Assembly (NCBI GenBank): GCA_012271185.1
Contig: JAAXGV010000096.1
Span: forward strand, 1-56,711
Length of the DNA stretch: 56,711 bases
Source of the DNA: Rhodothermales bacterium
GTDB lineage: Bacteria; Bacteroidota; Rhodothermia; Rhodothermales; Bin80
Direction of reading: 5' to 3'
Shown: piece after piece, positions 29,293 through 39,500 of the stretch
How positions within the stretch are numbered: the stretch's first letter is position 1
Layout: every line of letters begins with the position of its first letter
Program-made: the position numbers and the translations under genes
Notes under the pieces: model-generated
Told to the model about the DNA's origin: nothing
What the model saw: the letters and a program-made list of their open reading frames with translations, nothing else
Databases searched by the model: none

Positions 29293-29733
29293 ATGGCGGA
29301 GCGCGAGCGGTTGCGCTACCGGTTCTTTGAAGGACTGCTCGAGCACGCCAAGACGAGAACTTCCCTGCACGCGAACATCAGCCCCTCAAAGCGCAGCTGG
29401 GTCGGGGTGGGATCCGGGATCGCCGGAGTTGCTTTCAACTACGTGGTTCGGCAGCACGACGCTCGCGTCGAGTTGTATATTGACACGAGGGACAGTGACA
29501 AGAATCAGCGCATCTCCGGGGCGCTCGCCGACAATAAGGACAGTATCGAGCGCACGTTTGGCCACTCGTTGAAGTGGGGTGCCTTGAAAGGGCGGCAGGC
29601 TTGCCGGATTTCGAAGGCATACGGAAACAGGGGATACCTAGATGAAGACAAGTGGGAGGCCGTGTACGAGGCATTGGTAGATGCGATGGCAAAGTTCGGA
29701 TCGGCCCTCAAGCCACATCTCAAGGGGCTGTAG
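29293..29733 (+). CDS. stand-alone DUF4268-domain protein
   Basis: 146 aa from the ATG at 29293, with AAAAAGGAG upstream. YRFFEGLLEHAKTRTSLHANISPSKRSWVGVGSGIAGVAFNYVVRQHDARVELYID matches my recollection of the DUF4268 pattern. Confidence 0.65.
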   Translation: MAERERLRYRFFEGLLEHAKTRTSLHANISPSKRSWVGVGSGIAGVAFNYVVRQHDARVELYIDTRDSDKNQRISGALADNKDSIERTFGHSLKWGALKGRQACRISKAYGNRGYLDEDKWEAVYEALVDAMAKFGSALKPHLKGL

Positions 29734-29971
29734 CATCGCGTTGGTCTTTGCGACTCACACCGCAAGGGACTCGGAATACATGGTGCCGTTTGGCACCTCG
29801 GAAGATCGGAACCCGCCCGGTTCGGGTGCCCGCTAGGTAACTGGCTCGGCCAAGCCGTGGCGGAGGGATGAAGGCCAGCGGTTGAGGATGCGTTTTCAGT
29901 GCTTGGCGAGGGAACGAGTCCAGCCGGAGATCCTGGTGAAGTTGGGGGTAGCGGCGGGTCTGGCAACCCGT

Positions 29972-30135
29972 GGAGGGTGCGCATCCCAGAAGCGCGTCGC
30001 GGGTGCCACCGGGCTGATCTGGCTGGTGCTTCGGAACAGGCGCGAAGCAAGGCTGTAAAAATAGTACGTGAAACAACGCGAATCCCGTTATGGCCACCCC
30101 GCGAATGAACGAGAGCTGGAGTCAGGTGAGGAGTC
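29972..30135. repeat. right copy of the imperfect direct repeat bracketing islet 1
   Basis: GGAGGGTGCGCATCCCAGAAGCGCGTCGCGGGTGCCACCGGGCTG ... TTATGGCCACCCCGCGAATGAACGAGAGCTGGAGTCAG. It contains a decayed copy of the 3' end of gene 25502..25957 (with deletions), followed by the intact csbD-like start. Confidence 0.8.
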
Positions 30136-30284
30136 AGATTGAAGAGATCTGGAGCGAAACCGAGTTTACTGACAGGGAGATGAAAAAGGCGCGCGGCAAT
30201 ATGCGCAAGATGGTCGCACTCATCCACGAGAAGACCAACGAGCCAAAGCACGAGATCTTCGCAAAGATCAGCGCGATCATCTAG
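30090..30284 (+). CDS. CsbD-like small stress-protein homolog
   Basis: 64 aa, with an alternative ATG at 30105. The W..V...I.E.W...FTD.E......G....L pattern resembles the CsbD family. Confidence 0.5.
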   Translation: MATPRMNESWSQVRSQIEEIWSETEFTDREMKKARGNMRKMVALIHEKTNEPKHEIFAKISAII

Positions 30285-30694
30285 TGCCCACGTTCAGCGA
30301 GATTCGTGCGTTCACGGGCTCACTGGGTATACTGTCTACCTCAGAGCGGCAGTACCTGGCTGCGCTCGTGGAACACGCCGACATAGTGGATGACCTCTCC
30401 GAGGCGGAATGCAAAGACTTTCTGCTGTCCCTTGAGCACGTTAGAAAGGATATCTCCACAGCGCTGCTGTGGGCTTTTTTCCTGGGGGGTGTAGGCGCTC
30501 ACCACTACTACCTCAAGCGCACAGCCACGGGTATTCTCTATACGGTCATGACCTGCACGTTGGTCCTGTACCCGGTCAGCTATGTGCTCAACATCGTGGA
30601 CCTCTTTCGGATGAAGAAGTTGGTTGTGCAGACCAATCGTAAACGGGCCTTGGAGCTCAAGAGCATGATCCTGGCCTCCCGCGCACGCACCTGA
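30284..30694 (+). CDS. TM2-domain membrane protein
   Basis: 136 aa with a GTG start overlapping the upstream stop. The TM2 signature is FFLGGVGAHHYYLKRTATGILY. Confidence 0.75.
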   Translation: MPTFSEIRAFTGSLGILSTSERQYLAALVEHADIVDDLSEAECKDFLLSLEHVRKDISTALLWAFFLGGVGAHHYYLKRTATGILYTVMTCTLVLYPVSYVLNIVDLFRMKKLVVQTNRKRALELKSMILASRART

Positions 30695-30874
30695 TGCACG
30701 TTCTGGTGACGTGCGAACAGTCACCACACGAGCCGGTCCAGCTGCCTGCTTCTTGAAAGGATACCGCTTCCCATCGCGGAAATGCAGTCCGGATGCGTTG
30801 AGAGGTCCACACCCGGTTCAGTGAGGGTGCCTCGACTTTGACACGGAAGCTGTCTGCCAAGTGGCAGGCACTCC

Positions 30875-31174
30875 TTGCTCAACAGCCACAGCAAGGCGAT
30901 CCAGGCGGCGTTCACGGAGATTGCCGAAGCCTGCGGCGCGAAGACGGTCAATCCGATGGAGAAGGGCCTGTACGCAGCAACGGCCTGCCCTGGAAATACC
31001 GGCGCCGGCTGCGCAATACGAGCATGGTGCAGCGCCTGCGGCGCCGGGAGCACTGATCCCATCTTTCCGGACAAAGCATTCGTGGAGACGGGCGCCGTGC
31101 TGGTGGAATGGCTCGAGACACGGATAGTGGGTCAGCACTACTTCACGATAGCGGCATACCATGGCGAACTTTAA
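30875..31174 (+). CDS. Cys-rich hypothetical protein
   Basis: 99 aa with a TTG start. This frame has clearly higher third-position G/C than the overlapping minus-strand ORFs. It contains CPGNTGAGCAIRAWCSACG. Confidence 0.45.
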   Translation: MLNSHSKAIQAAFTEIAEACGAKTVNPMEKGLYAATACPGNTGAGCAIRAWCSACGAGSTDPIFPDKAFVETGAVLVEWLETRIVGQHYFTIAAYHGEL

Positions 31175-31285
31175 GCCTGCCCCGCAACAGCAAAAGCCCG
31201 TTTACGGCACAGCTGGGACTTAACTGCACAAACCGCCTTGAACAGTAAACGAGTTGGGTTTTGATGCGTAAAGACACACAGCTCC

Positions 31286-33307
31286 ATGGTATGGATATTA
31301 GGCATAGCCGCTTCGCTGATAACAGGTCCTGCAATGCAGGTTGCAGACTTGGAGAAAGCCCGAGAAGCCATGGAAGCCCGGGAGTGGCGCCGCGCCGTAG
31401 CGCTCCTGTCAGAGCACCTCAAGCATGGTCCGGGCGATCTTGAAGGGTACTACCTGCGTGGTATCTGTTACGGCGAGATCGGCAAAAACCCTAACCTGAG
31501 AAACCGGATTGAGCGGTCGCTGCAGAAGGGGGTGGCAGATTTTGAAACAGTCCTGGCACAGGATTCACTGTACCGTGATGTGGTGTTTCAGCTTGCGCTG
31601 ATCCGGCGCTATCAGAACAACTTCCAGAAGGCCATCCAGCTTGGCGAAGTACAACGCCATCTCCGGCCTGAGCTTCCGCATGTCCACATCGGACTGCTGA
31701 ACTTTTACTGGCGATACGTGATTACTACGCCGCCCACGGACGCACGCCTTTGGCTGAGGACACAGCCTGGATTGTATGCGCAGCTCTTTGTAGGCAAGGC
31801 CTTTGAGCAGCAGAACCTGTTTGACTCCGCCGAAAAGATCTATTCAGAGCTGGGCGATCGGGAGGAGCATGCCGTTCCGGTTCTACTGGCACAGGCACGC
31901 CTGAGCTTTTCCCGGCAACTGCCCATAAGGGGTACACGATACATCAAGGAGGCCATTGCCGCCGTCAGGACAGATCTGGACGCATTGCTTTTGTTTGATG
32001 AGATCCGAACCATTGTGACGCCTGGTGAACAGGCTGCATTTGACCGGCTCGCCTCGCCTGCTGAGGTTCAGCGCTTTTTTACGGAGTTCTGGGCCAAGCG
32101 CGATCCGATGCCGGCTGCTCCCTATAATGCCAGGCTGGCAGAACACTACCGGCGGCTGCACGTGGCTGAGGTACACTACGTGTTTAACGGATTCCGAAAC
32201 TGGTTCCGGAGTTCGTATACACACGATGAAAGATACTTTCCGCCAACATATGCGCTGAGTCACGACTTTGATGACCGCGGTGTTATGTTTATCCGGCACG
32301 GCGAACCGGATGATTTCAGCATAAGCGAAACGCCAACCTGGTTTTACGAGTCTTCCGAGGATCAGAAGGACTCGTTGCTCGTGTTTCATTTTGCACCCAC
32401 CTGCCACAACGGGGTGTGCGGTGTGACCAAGCACTTTGTGCCTGTGCCCCGAGGCGAAAGTTTCCTGCCTCCAAAGCTGACGGGACTGGACCTGCCCGAT
32501 GCTGAGAGAAAGACCCAGGCGTACATCACGCAGGGGCTGTCAACTGACCGTCACCGCTGGCCTTCAGGCACCAAGCTGCTGGATGTACCATTCTTGTTGG
32601 CATCCTTTCGGGGGTTTGACAACCGTACGCTGGTTGAGGCATATTTCGATGTGCCGCTGGAGGAGCTGGTCCCGGAGCACGATACGCTGACCTTCGAAGC
32701 AGGCCTCATGGTGCACGATGATCGGTGGCAGCAGCGTTCGTTCAGCCGCAGTATCATACGCCTCCCGGTGGAAAGAGCCACAAGCTCCTATACCGGGCTG
32801 TTCCAGACCGATCTTCGTCCACAAGAGTACCATGTGGCGCTGCACGTGCGCTCTTTGGATATGCCGGCACTGCGCGCGCACAAGCTGTCATACGAGCCGC
32901 TGAGCTTCGCAGCGCCGGGACTGAAGATCAGTGATATTCTGCTTGCGGACAGCGTGGTGGCCTTGGACAATGTTGTGAATCGCGAGGACGTGTATACAGA
33001 TGTAAATCCATCCGGCTACTTCCGGCCTGGAGCGGCACCGGCCGTGTACTTTGAGATCTACGACCTAGCACTTGATGAAGAAGGGCAGACACGCTACTCC
33101 ATCTCTTATACGCTGGCCAACCAGCAGGGTGATGTGACCTCCCTGGCTCTCGGTGAGCAGGAAGGCACGCTTGCCAGTCCGATTGAGTTTGTCGTCGTGG
33201 ATGTCACCGATGTATCACACGGAGCGTACGAATTCACGGTCACGGTGACAGATCACCTCTCCGGAGCTTCTGTTTCGCGATCGAGACAGCTAGTTCTGGG
33301 CCGGTAG
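31286..33307 (+). CDS. GWxTD-domain protein with an N-terminal TPR-like region
   Basis: 673 aa. FFTEFWAKRDPMPAAPYNARLAEHYRRLHVAE...DDRGVMFIRHGEPDD matches the GWxTD-domain pattern. Confidence 0.75.
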   Translation: MVWILGIAASLITGPAMQVADLEKAREAMEAREWRRAVALLSEHLKHGPGDLEGYYLRGICYGEIGKNPNLRNRIERSLQKGVADFETVLAQDSLYRDVVFQLALIRRYQNNFQKAIQLGEVQRHLRPELPHVHIGLLNFYWRYVITTPPTDARLWLRTQPGLYAQLFVGKAFEQQNLFDSAEKIYSELGDREEHAVPVLLAQARLSFSRQLPIRGTRYIKEAIAAVRTDLDALLLFDEIRTIVTPGEQAAFDRLASPAEVQRFFTEFWAKRDPMPAAPYNARLAEHYRRLHVAEVHYVFNGFRNWFRSSYTHDERYFPPTYALSHDFDDRGVMFIRHGEPDDFSISETPTWFYESSEDQKDSLLVFHFAPTCHNGVCGVTKHFVPVPRGESFLPPKLTGLDLPDAERKTQAYITQGLSTDRHRWPSGTKLLDVPFLLASFRGFDNRTLVEAYFDVPLEELVPEHDTLTFEAGLMVHDDRWQQRSFSRSIIRLPVERATSSYTGLFQTDLRPQEYHVALHVRSLDMPALRAHKLSYEPLSFAAPGLKISDILLADSVVALDNVVNREDVYTDVNPSGYFRPGAAPAVYFEIYDLALDEEGQTRYSISYTLANQQGDVTSLALGEQEGTLASPIEFVVVDVTDVSHGAYEFTVTVTDHLSGASVSRSRQLVLGR

Positions 33308-33709
33308 CAGACACCAAGCCGGTGTACCGTATCTGCTGGCAAGCCTTAGCCTCATTGTGGCGGAGCACCTTGGAAGTCGCCATTTTTGCCTGTCTACGCC
33401 AGCTCTCATTGTGCTGCAGCTGGCGTGGGAGACGGCAGGAGCGCTGCTCGTTTCCGAAGTGCGACGGCTTGAATCCCGTCATGGCATGCATCCATCACGA
33501 GGCAGTACCTGCCAGTCATCCGCCTGCACAGCGGCTGCCCCCAGTTCTGGACAAGTCACGACTTCTTTGTCACACGCCTTGGATGCCCGTGAAGCCGAGT
33601 GCGGCGCAGTGTGACCGGCAGAAACCCGAGGTGTGCATATATTGGTATACGCTGCCTCAGGCGATGCCCTTGCGGCCTTCCCCTTCCATTCCGTGTACGC
33701 AGTACGATA

Positions 33710-34672
33710 ATGCCTGGCTATGACAGAGCGCAGCGTGCACTGGCTGCCCGTGCTGTTAAGCAGGAAGCACGGCGGCTGGGGTTTGATGCATGTGGACTGT
33801 CTCGCGCAGTCAGGCTGGATAAGGAGGCCCGCCGGTTAGAGGAGTGGTTAAGCCAGGGACGCCATGCATCGATGGCCTACATGGAGCGCCATTTTGAGAA
33901 GCGGGTGGATCCTGCAAGGCTTGTGGATGGGGCCCAGTCCGTCATCAGTGTGCTCAGGAATTATTACCAGCCGGTGGCACAGCCCACAGATGCTTCCGTC
34001 GGCAAGGTCAGCCGGTACGCGTGGGGCGACGACTACCACCAGGTGCTAAAGGAGGGTCTGTATGCGTTGTATCACTGGATAGACGAGTCATACGGACCCA
34101 TCAGCGGGCGCGCGTTTGTTGACTCGGCCCCGGTGCTGGACAAAGTCTGGGCACAGCGCAGCGGGCTCGGCTGGATCGGCAAACACACCAACCTGATCAG
34201 CCGTGATATTGGCTCCTTCTTCTTCATCGGGGAGCTCATCATTGACTTGCCCCTGGCGTATGACAACCCCACCCCGGATTACTGCGGCAGCTGCACGCGC
34301 TGCATAGATGCATGCCCGACAGACGCGATCTATCAGCCGTATGCGGTGGACGCCAACCGCTGCATATCCTACTGGACAATCGAGCATCGTAGCAATGACA
34401 TTCCCAAGGACCTCGAGCACGGGTTTGACAACTGGATTTTCGGATGTGATATCTGCCAGGAGGTTTGTCCGTGGAACAAGTTCAAATCTCCCACGGACGA
34501 GCAGCGATTCATGCCGCGCTCAGGCATTGCGGATACCCGTATCAGCGAGTGGGCGGAACTGGATCTTGCGGAGTATCGCAAACAGTTCAAGGGCAGCGCT
34601 GTGAGACGGGCACGCTACGACGGACTGAAGCGCAATGTGCAGGTCGCTGCCAGGAACCGCGACCGCCGCTAA
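33710..34672 (+). CDS. queG: tRNA epoxyqueuosine(34) reductase
   Basis: The start is moved to the ATG at 33710 (MPGYDRAQ). 4Fe-4S motifs are CGSCTRCIDACP and CDICQEVCPWN, and the overall layout is QueG-like. Confidence 0.9.
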   Translation: MPGYDRAQRALAARAVKQEARRLGFDACGLSRAVRLDKEARRLEEWLSQGRHASMAYMERHFEKRVDPARLVDGAQSVISVLRNYYQPVAQPTDASVGKVSRYAWGDDYHQVLKEGLYALYHWIDESYGPISGRAFVDSAPVLDKVWAQRSGLGWIGKHTNLISRDIGSFFFIGELIIDLPLAYDNPTPDYCGSCTRCIDACPTDAIYQPYAVDANRCISYWTIEHRSNDIPKDLEHGFDNWIFGCDICQEVCPWNKFKSPTDEQRFMPRSGIADTRISEWAELDLAEYRKQFKGSAVRRARYDGLKRNVQVAARNRDRR

Positions 34673-36180
34673 GAACCTTCAGGCCGAAGCAGCGGGAAGA
34701 GTATCACGTCGCGTATGGACGCCCGACCGGTCAGCAGCATAGCCAGCCGGTCCACGCCGACTCCCAGTCCCGCCGCAGGGGGCATGCCATACTCCAGCGC
34801 ACGCAGGTAGTCTTCATCGATCTGCATGGCCTCCATGTCCCCTTTCGCCCGCAGACGGACCTGATCTTCAAAGCGTGCACGCTGGTCTTCCGGGTCGTTG
34901 AGCTCGCTAAAAGCATTACACAGCTCCTTGCCATTGCATATGACTTCGAAGCGCTCCACCAGCCCCTCCTTGTACCGGTGCCGCTTGGCAAGCGGGCTGA
35001 GCTCAACCGGATAGTCGGTAACAAAGGTGGGCTGGATAATGTGCGGTTCAACAAACGTGCCAAAGATCCCATCAATGAGCTTGCCGCTATCCATAGACGC
35101 ATCCACCTGCAATCCCAGTGATGCCGCTGTCTGTGCCAGCTCTCCCCGGCTGGCCTGGTACAAGTCATGCCCGGTACGTTCCGCTATGACCTCGAAAATC
35201 GGCTTTCGGGGCCAGGGTCTGGCAAAGGAGAGGGTCTGTTCCTGCGCCACGATCGTCGTAGTGCCATGCAGCGCCAGCACCACGAACTCGATCATCTCCT
35301 CAACCAGGTCCATCATCCACAGGTAGTCCTTATAGGCCACATAGAGCTCCAGCATGGTGAACTCAGGGTTGTGGAAACGGCTGAGGCCTTCGTTGCGGAA
35401 ATCTTTGGCGATTTCGTAGACGCCATCGAAGCCGCCGGCGATCAGACGCTTCAGGTAGAGCTCATCCGCAATGCGGAGAAACAGCGGCATGTCCAGCGCA
35501 TTGTGGTACGTCACAAAGGGGCGCGCAGCAGCACCGCCGTAGAGCGGCTGGAGGGCGGGGGTCTCCACCTCGATATAGCCGCGTACATCCAAAAACTGGC
35601 GCAGCGCAGACACCATGCGCGCCCGCTGTTCAAAAACCTTGCGCGACTCCGGATTCACCACAAGATCAACGTATCGCTGCCTGTACCTGAACTCCTTGTC
35701 GGTGACCTCGTCGTACACAGTACCACCCTGCTCTTTTACTATTGGCAGCGGGCGCAAGCTTTTCGAGAGCAGGGTCAGCGTGTGTGCGTGGATGGTGATT
35801 TCGCCGCGCCCCGTGCGGAAGACATGGCCCTGTACACCCAGGATGTCACCTATGTGCAGCAGGCGCTTGAAGACTCCGTTGTAAAAGCCATCGGGCAGGT
35901 CATCGCGACGCACGTACACCTGCATGCGTCCGGTGGCGTCCTGAAGGTCAAAGAAGCTGGCCTTGCCCATGATGCGCCGTGTCATCATACGTCCGGCAAG
36001 GGACACTTTAAACGAATGAGACTCTTGGTGCCGGGCGTCATCAAACGTGGACCGTACGTGCTCTACCGTGGCGTCCACGTCCCACGCGTGCGGGTACGGA
36101 TCAACACCTTGTGCATCAAGCCTGCGGCGGGCCTCCAGACGCACCTGCTCCTGATCAGTAAGTGCTCGTGGTGCAGTCAT
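34669..36180 (-). CDS. lysS: lysine--tRNA ligase (class II)
   Basis: About 503 aa from the ATG at 36180. There is an OB-fold N-terminus, class II motifs (FRNEGLSRFHNPEFTMLE, GLGVGVDRLAMLLTG) and a KGDMEAMQIDEDY region. Confidence 0.95.
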   Translation of the reverse strand: MTAPRALTDQEQVRLEARRRLDAQGVDPYPHAWDVDATVEHVRSTFDDARHQESHSFKVSLAGRMMTRRIMGKASFFDLQDATGRMQVYVRRDDLPDGFYNGVFKRLLHIGDILGVQGHVFRTGRGEITIHAHTLTLLSKSLRPLPIVKEQGGTVYDEVTDKEFRYRQRYVDLVVNPESRKVFEQRARMVSALRQFLDVRGYIEVETPALQPLYGGAAARPFVTYHNALDMPLFLRIADELYLKRLIAGGFDGVYEIAKDFRNEGLSRFHNPEFTMLELYVAYKDYLWMMDLVEEMIEFVVLALHGTTTIVAQEQTLSFARPWPRKPIFEVIAERTGHDLYQASRGELAQTAASLGLQVDASMDSGKLIDGIFGTFVEPHIIQPTFVTDYPVELSPLAKRHRYKEGLVERFEVICNGKELCNAFSELNDPEDQRARFEDQVRLRAKGDMEAMQIDEDYLRALEYGMPPAAGLGVGVDRLAMLLTGRASIRDVILFPLLRPEGS

Positions 36181-36438
36181 GCCGAAACAGTCAAAAGCGG
36201 CGTGGTACGGATCCTGGGAATAGCCACACGCCACCGGCCCGGGACAGGCTTCACTGTCCGAGCTTCAGCGCAAGATAAGCCACGCCCTCGCGCATGATAT
36301 CAGTGGAAGAGAATCAACACGTCACGCTGTCCCATGGCCGGCGGTCCATGTTCGCCAAAGGTGCACCAGTGTTGCCGCAAGCCGGGCTAAGCGTCTGCCG
36401 TCAGAAAGGTTCGTTCAGGCACGTGATGGCGGGGCAGG

Positions 36439-36702
36439 CTACCCGCTGCAAAGTACGGGCTGCGGCTTGGCCAGAAACTCGTCTGCAAACAGCCTGGCGA
36501 CCTGCAGAGCCTGTATGCTGCGGTCCACCAGAAAGTCGTTCATAAAGGCAATCAGCGCCATCCGCTCCTGTGGCTGCTCCTCGGTAGCCTCCAGCACGGA
36601 CACGAATCGTTTCCACAGCGACTCCTCTATCTCCCCCTTCACATACCGCGCAAAGAGCGAGGGCAAAAGGGCCGAGCGCCTGGGATAAAAAGTCTGGTTC
36701 AT
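36439..36702 (-). CDS. small hypothetical protein
   Basis: 87 aa from the ATG at 36702 (MNQTFYP). No motif is recognised. It lies between lysS and rpoN on the same strand. Confidence 0.4.
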   Translation of the reverse strand: MNQTFYPRRSALLPSLFARYVKGEIEESLWKRFVSVLEATEEQPQERMALIAFMNDFLVDRSIQALQVARLFADEFLAKPQPVLCSG

Positions 36703-36940
36703 AAGCTTCGGCTCATTTTGGTGAGACACTTTAAGAAAAGAAGCCGCAAAAACCGGGCCAACTGTCAGGCGGTCTTACACGTACCTGCAGGTAGTACACG
36801 TGACCGCACGTCTCCATGCAAGGCGGCGCCTCTGCACAGCCGCAGCCTGACATGGCAGGTAAAATTGCTCATACGAGCTTTTAAAAGTAACGGAAGCGAT
36901 ACCGGCTTGCTGTTAAGCTCCTGTGAAAAGTGTGCTACGA

Positions 36941-38353
36941 TTACGGCAAGACGATCTCGCGCCGCATGCGTGCAACCGGTATGCCGAGCTGCTTGCGGTA
37001 CTTGGAAATCGTTCGCCTCGCAATCTGGAAGCCGCGTGCATCAAGAATCTCAGCCAGTGCGCGGTCTGAGAGGGGCCTGGACTTGTCCTCCTGCCTGATA
37101 ACATCATCGATGATGGCCTTGACCTCTCTGCTGGACACTTTGTCCCCGCTGTGCGTGGCTACGCCCTCCGAAAAAAAGTACTTCAGCTCGTAGACACCAA
37201 AGTCACAGTGAACATACTTGCCGCCAACCACGCGGCTTATCGTGGAGATGTCCATCCCGACTGCGTCGGCGATATCCGCCAGTATGAGCGGTCTCAGATG
37301 GCCCGGTCCCAAGGTGAAGAAGTCGTGCTGCTTCGTTACGATGGCATGCATAACCAATAGCAGCGTCTTGCGCCGCTGGTTGATGGCGTCAATGAACCAG
37401 CGGGCTGACTTAAACTTGTGTTGAAGAAACTGGCGCGCCTCAGCGCCGGCGCCATCCTTGCTGTTGGAGGATGTCAGCTGATCAAACAGTGCACGGTACT
37501 CCCGTGAAATCCCTATACGGGGCCCAGGTCTATCGTCAAGGGAGATCTCAAAGCCATCATTTGTGGCATGAACCACGAAATCGGGTGTGATATAGTTCTC
37601 CTGTGCGGTGATCGTGCCTTCGCCGGGCTTGGGATTCAGGCGCTGAACAACGTCAAAAGCCACTTTAAGCGCGCGCTCATCCACATCCAGCTTCTGGCGG
37701 ATCCGGCCAAAGCGCTTCATCGTGAAGTCCTCGAAACACTCCGACAAGACGCGCTGTGCGGTATCCCGGCCAGGCATGCTGCCCGGCAGCGCCTCAACCT
37801 GCACCAGAAGACACTCCTGCAGGCTGCGTGCGCCAATGCCGATCGGATCCAGCCTTTGCAGCTGGCGCAGCACGCGCTCCACATCATCCTCGGTAAGGCT
37901 CTTCCCATAGGTGAACATGATATCGTCGACGATGGAGAAGAGCTCGCGGCGCAGGTAGCCGTCCTCATCGATGGACCCGATAATCTGTTCACCGATGAGC
38001 AGGTCCAAGGAAGAGGGGCTGAGCAAGGCATGCTGAGAGCGCAGGTGCTCCGCCAGCGAAACCTCAGCGACCACCGGGCGTGGCACACGATCTTCCTGGT
38101 CTACCCGGGCCTTGTAGCCATAAGAGTCGTCGTCACCGGCTGGCAGCTCCCAGTCAAAATCATCCTCCGTGCCGGCATCGTCCTGTGAGGCCTCTTCCAA
38201 CACGACAACCTCTTCCAGCACGGGGTTTTCTGCAAGCTCTGCCTGCACGCGCTGTTCCAGCGCGAGGTTGCTCAGCTGCAGCAGCTTGATATACTGTATC
38301 TTTTGCGGCGACAGCTTCAGCTGGTGCTTGAGCTGCTGTTGAAGGTTCAGCAT
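36941..38353 (-). CDS. rpoN: RNA polymerase sigma-54 factor
   Basis: 470 aa with an N-terminal Gln/Leu-rich region. The RpoN box (ARRTISKYR) is near the C-terminus. Confidence 0.95.
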   Translation of the reverse strand: MLNLQQQLKHQLKLSPQKIQYIKLLQLSNLALEQRVQAELAENPVLEEVVVLEEASQDDAGTEDDFDWELPAGDDDSYGYKARVDQEDRVPRPVVAEVSLAEHLRSQHALLSPSSLDLLIGEQIIGSIDEDGYLRRELFSIVDDIMFTYGKSLTEDDVERVLRQLQRLDPIGIGARSLQECLLVQVEALPGSMPGRDTAQRVLSECFEDFTMKRFGRIRQKLDVDERALKVAFDVVQRLNPKPGEGTITAQENYITPDFVVHATNDGFEISLDDRPGPRIGISREYRALFDQLTSSNSKDGAGAEARQFLQHKFKSARWFIDAINQRRKTLLLVMHAIVTKQHDFFTLGPGHLRPLILADIADAVGMDISTISRVVGGKYVHCDFGVYELKYFFSEGVATHSGDKVSSREVKAIIDDVIRQEDKSRPLSDRALAEILDARGFQIARRTISKYRKQLGIPVARMRREIVLP

Positions 38354-38482
38354 CGGTCACATCCGCGCACGTATCGCTGTCGCCGGCACGCCACGGGCTA
38401 CGCTTAACTTGCGGCTTCGAACGGAGTGGCTACCTTTTAGTTTGTACTGGATAGCCGCGGACAAAAGCCCTCTTGTAACACG

Positions 38483-39499
38483 ATGGGTCTACGACACAGC
38501 CCAGTCTCTCCCTATGTGCGTGAAGAAGACCTGGAAAGGAGGCTCCGGCCAGGCCGGCTGGACGAATTCATCGGACAGCAGCGAATCAAGGACAACCTGC
38601 GTGTTTTCATTACCGCGGCGCTGGGGCGCGGCGAGTCACTGGACCATGTACTGCTGTCGGGCCCGCCTGGTCTGGGCAAGACCACGCTTGGCCACATCAT
38701 TGCTGCGGAGATGGGCGCGCATATCACAACAACCAGCGGACCTGTCCTGGACAAGCCCCACGCGGTAGCCGGCATCCTGACCAAGCTCAACGAGGGCGAT
38801 GTGCTCTTCATCGACGAGATTCACCGGCTGGGACCGATAGTGGAAGAGTACCTCTACTCGGCGATGGAAGACTACTTCATCGACATCGTCATTGACTCGG
38901 GCCCCAATGCACGCAGCGTAAAGATCATGCTGCCCTCCTTCACGCTGGTGGGCGCAACCACGCGCAAAGGGTTGCTTACGGCGCCCCTCCGGGCGCGGTT
39001 CGGTATTGACTTCCGCTATGACTACTACACGGCACCGTTGCTGGAGCAGATACTGCTCCGATCGGCAGGAATCCTGAACGTGGAAATTGACCCTCAGGGT
39101 GCCAGAGAAATCGCGCGGCGCAGCCGCGGCACGCCCCGCATTGCTAATCGCCTCTTGCGGCGGGCCCGGGACTTTGCGGATGTGCACGGCGATGGGCGTA
39201 TCACGCTTGAGATAGCAGACAAAGCGCTGACAGCACTGGATGTGGACAGTGAAGGCCTGGATGATATGGATGCGCGTATCCTCACCACGCTCATAGAGAA
39301 GTTTGACGGCGGCCCGGCAGGCCTGGTCAACCTGGCCGTATCCGTAGGAGAGGAGCCTGGCACCATAGAGGAGGTCTACGAGCCCTACCTGATTCAGGAA
39401 GGCTACATGCAGCGTACGCCGCGCGGCCGCGTGGCGACGCGACGGTCCTACAAACACTTCAACCTCAAGAAGGCACCCGACCTTTTTAACCTACCGTAG
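38483..39499 (+). CDS. ruvB: Holliday junction branch-migration helicase RuvB
   Basis: 338 aa. Walker A is [11 protein letters not shown], Walker B is LFIDEIHRL, and the sensor motif is [13 protein letters not shown]. Confidence 0.95.
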   Translation: MGLRHSPVSPYVREEDLERRLRPGRLDEFIGQQRIKDNLRVFITAALGRGESLDHVLLSGPPGLGKTTLGHIIAAEMGAHITTTSGPVLDKPHAVAGILTKLNEGDVLFIDEIHRLGPIVEEYLYSAMEDYFIDIVIDSGPNARSVKIMLPSFTLVGATTRKGLLTAPLRARFGIDFRYDYYTAPLLEQILLRSAGILNVEIDPQGAREIARRSRGTPRIANRLLRRARDFADVHGDGRITLEIADKALTALDVDSEGLDDMDARILTTLIEKFDGGPAGLVNLAVSVGEEPGTIEEVYEPYLIQEGYMQRTPRGRVATRRSYKHFNLKKAPDLFNLP

Positions 39500-39500
39500 A

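Noticed and set aside
35167-36297. Long antisense or overlapping ORFs in the track. Examples are 35167..36297 (+), 8502..9503 (-), 6679..7791 (+), 38636..39457 (-), 39486..40532 (-), 40735..41661 (-), 42604..43407 (-), 20906..21823 (-), 10130..11080 (-), 28037..28651 (-) and 29505..30251 (-).
   Set aside because: These are shadow ORFs typical of high-GC DNA. Each lies opposite, or out of frame with, a gene that has strong family motifs, and their translations are Arg/Pro/Ala-rich without motifs.
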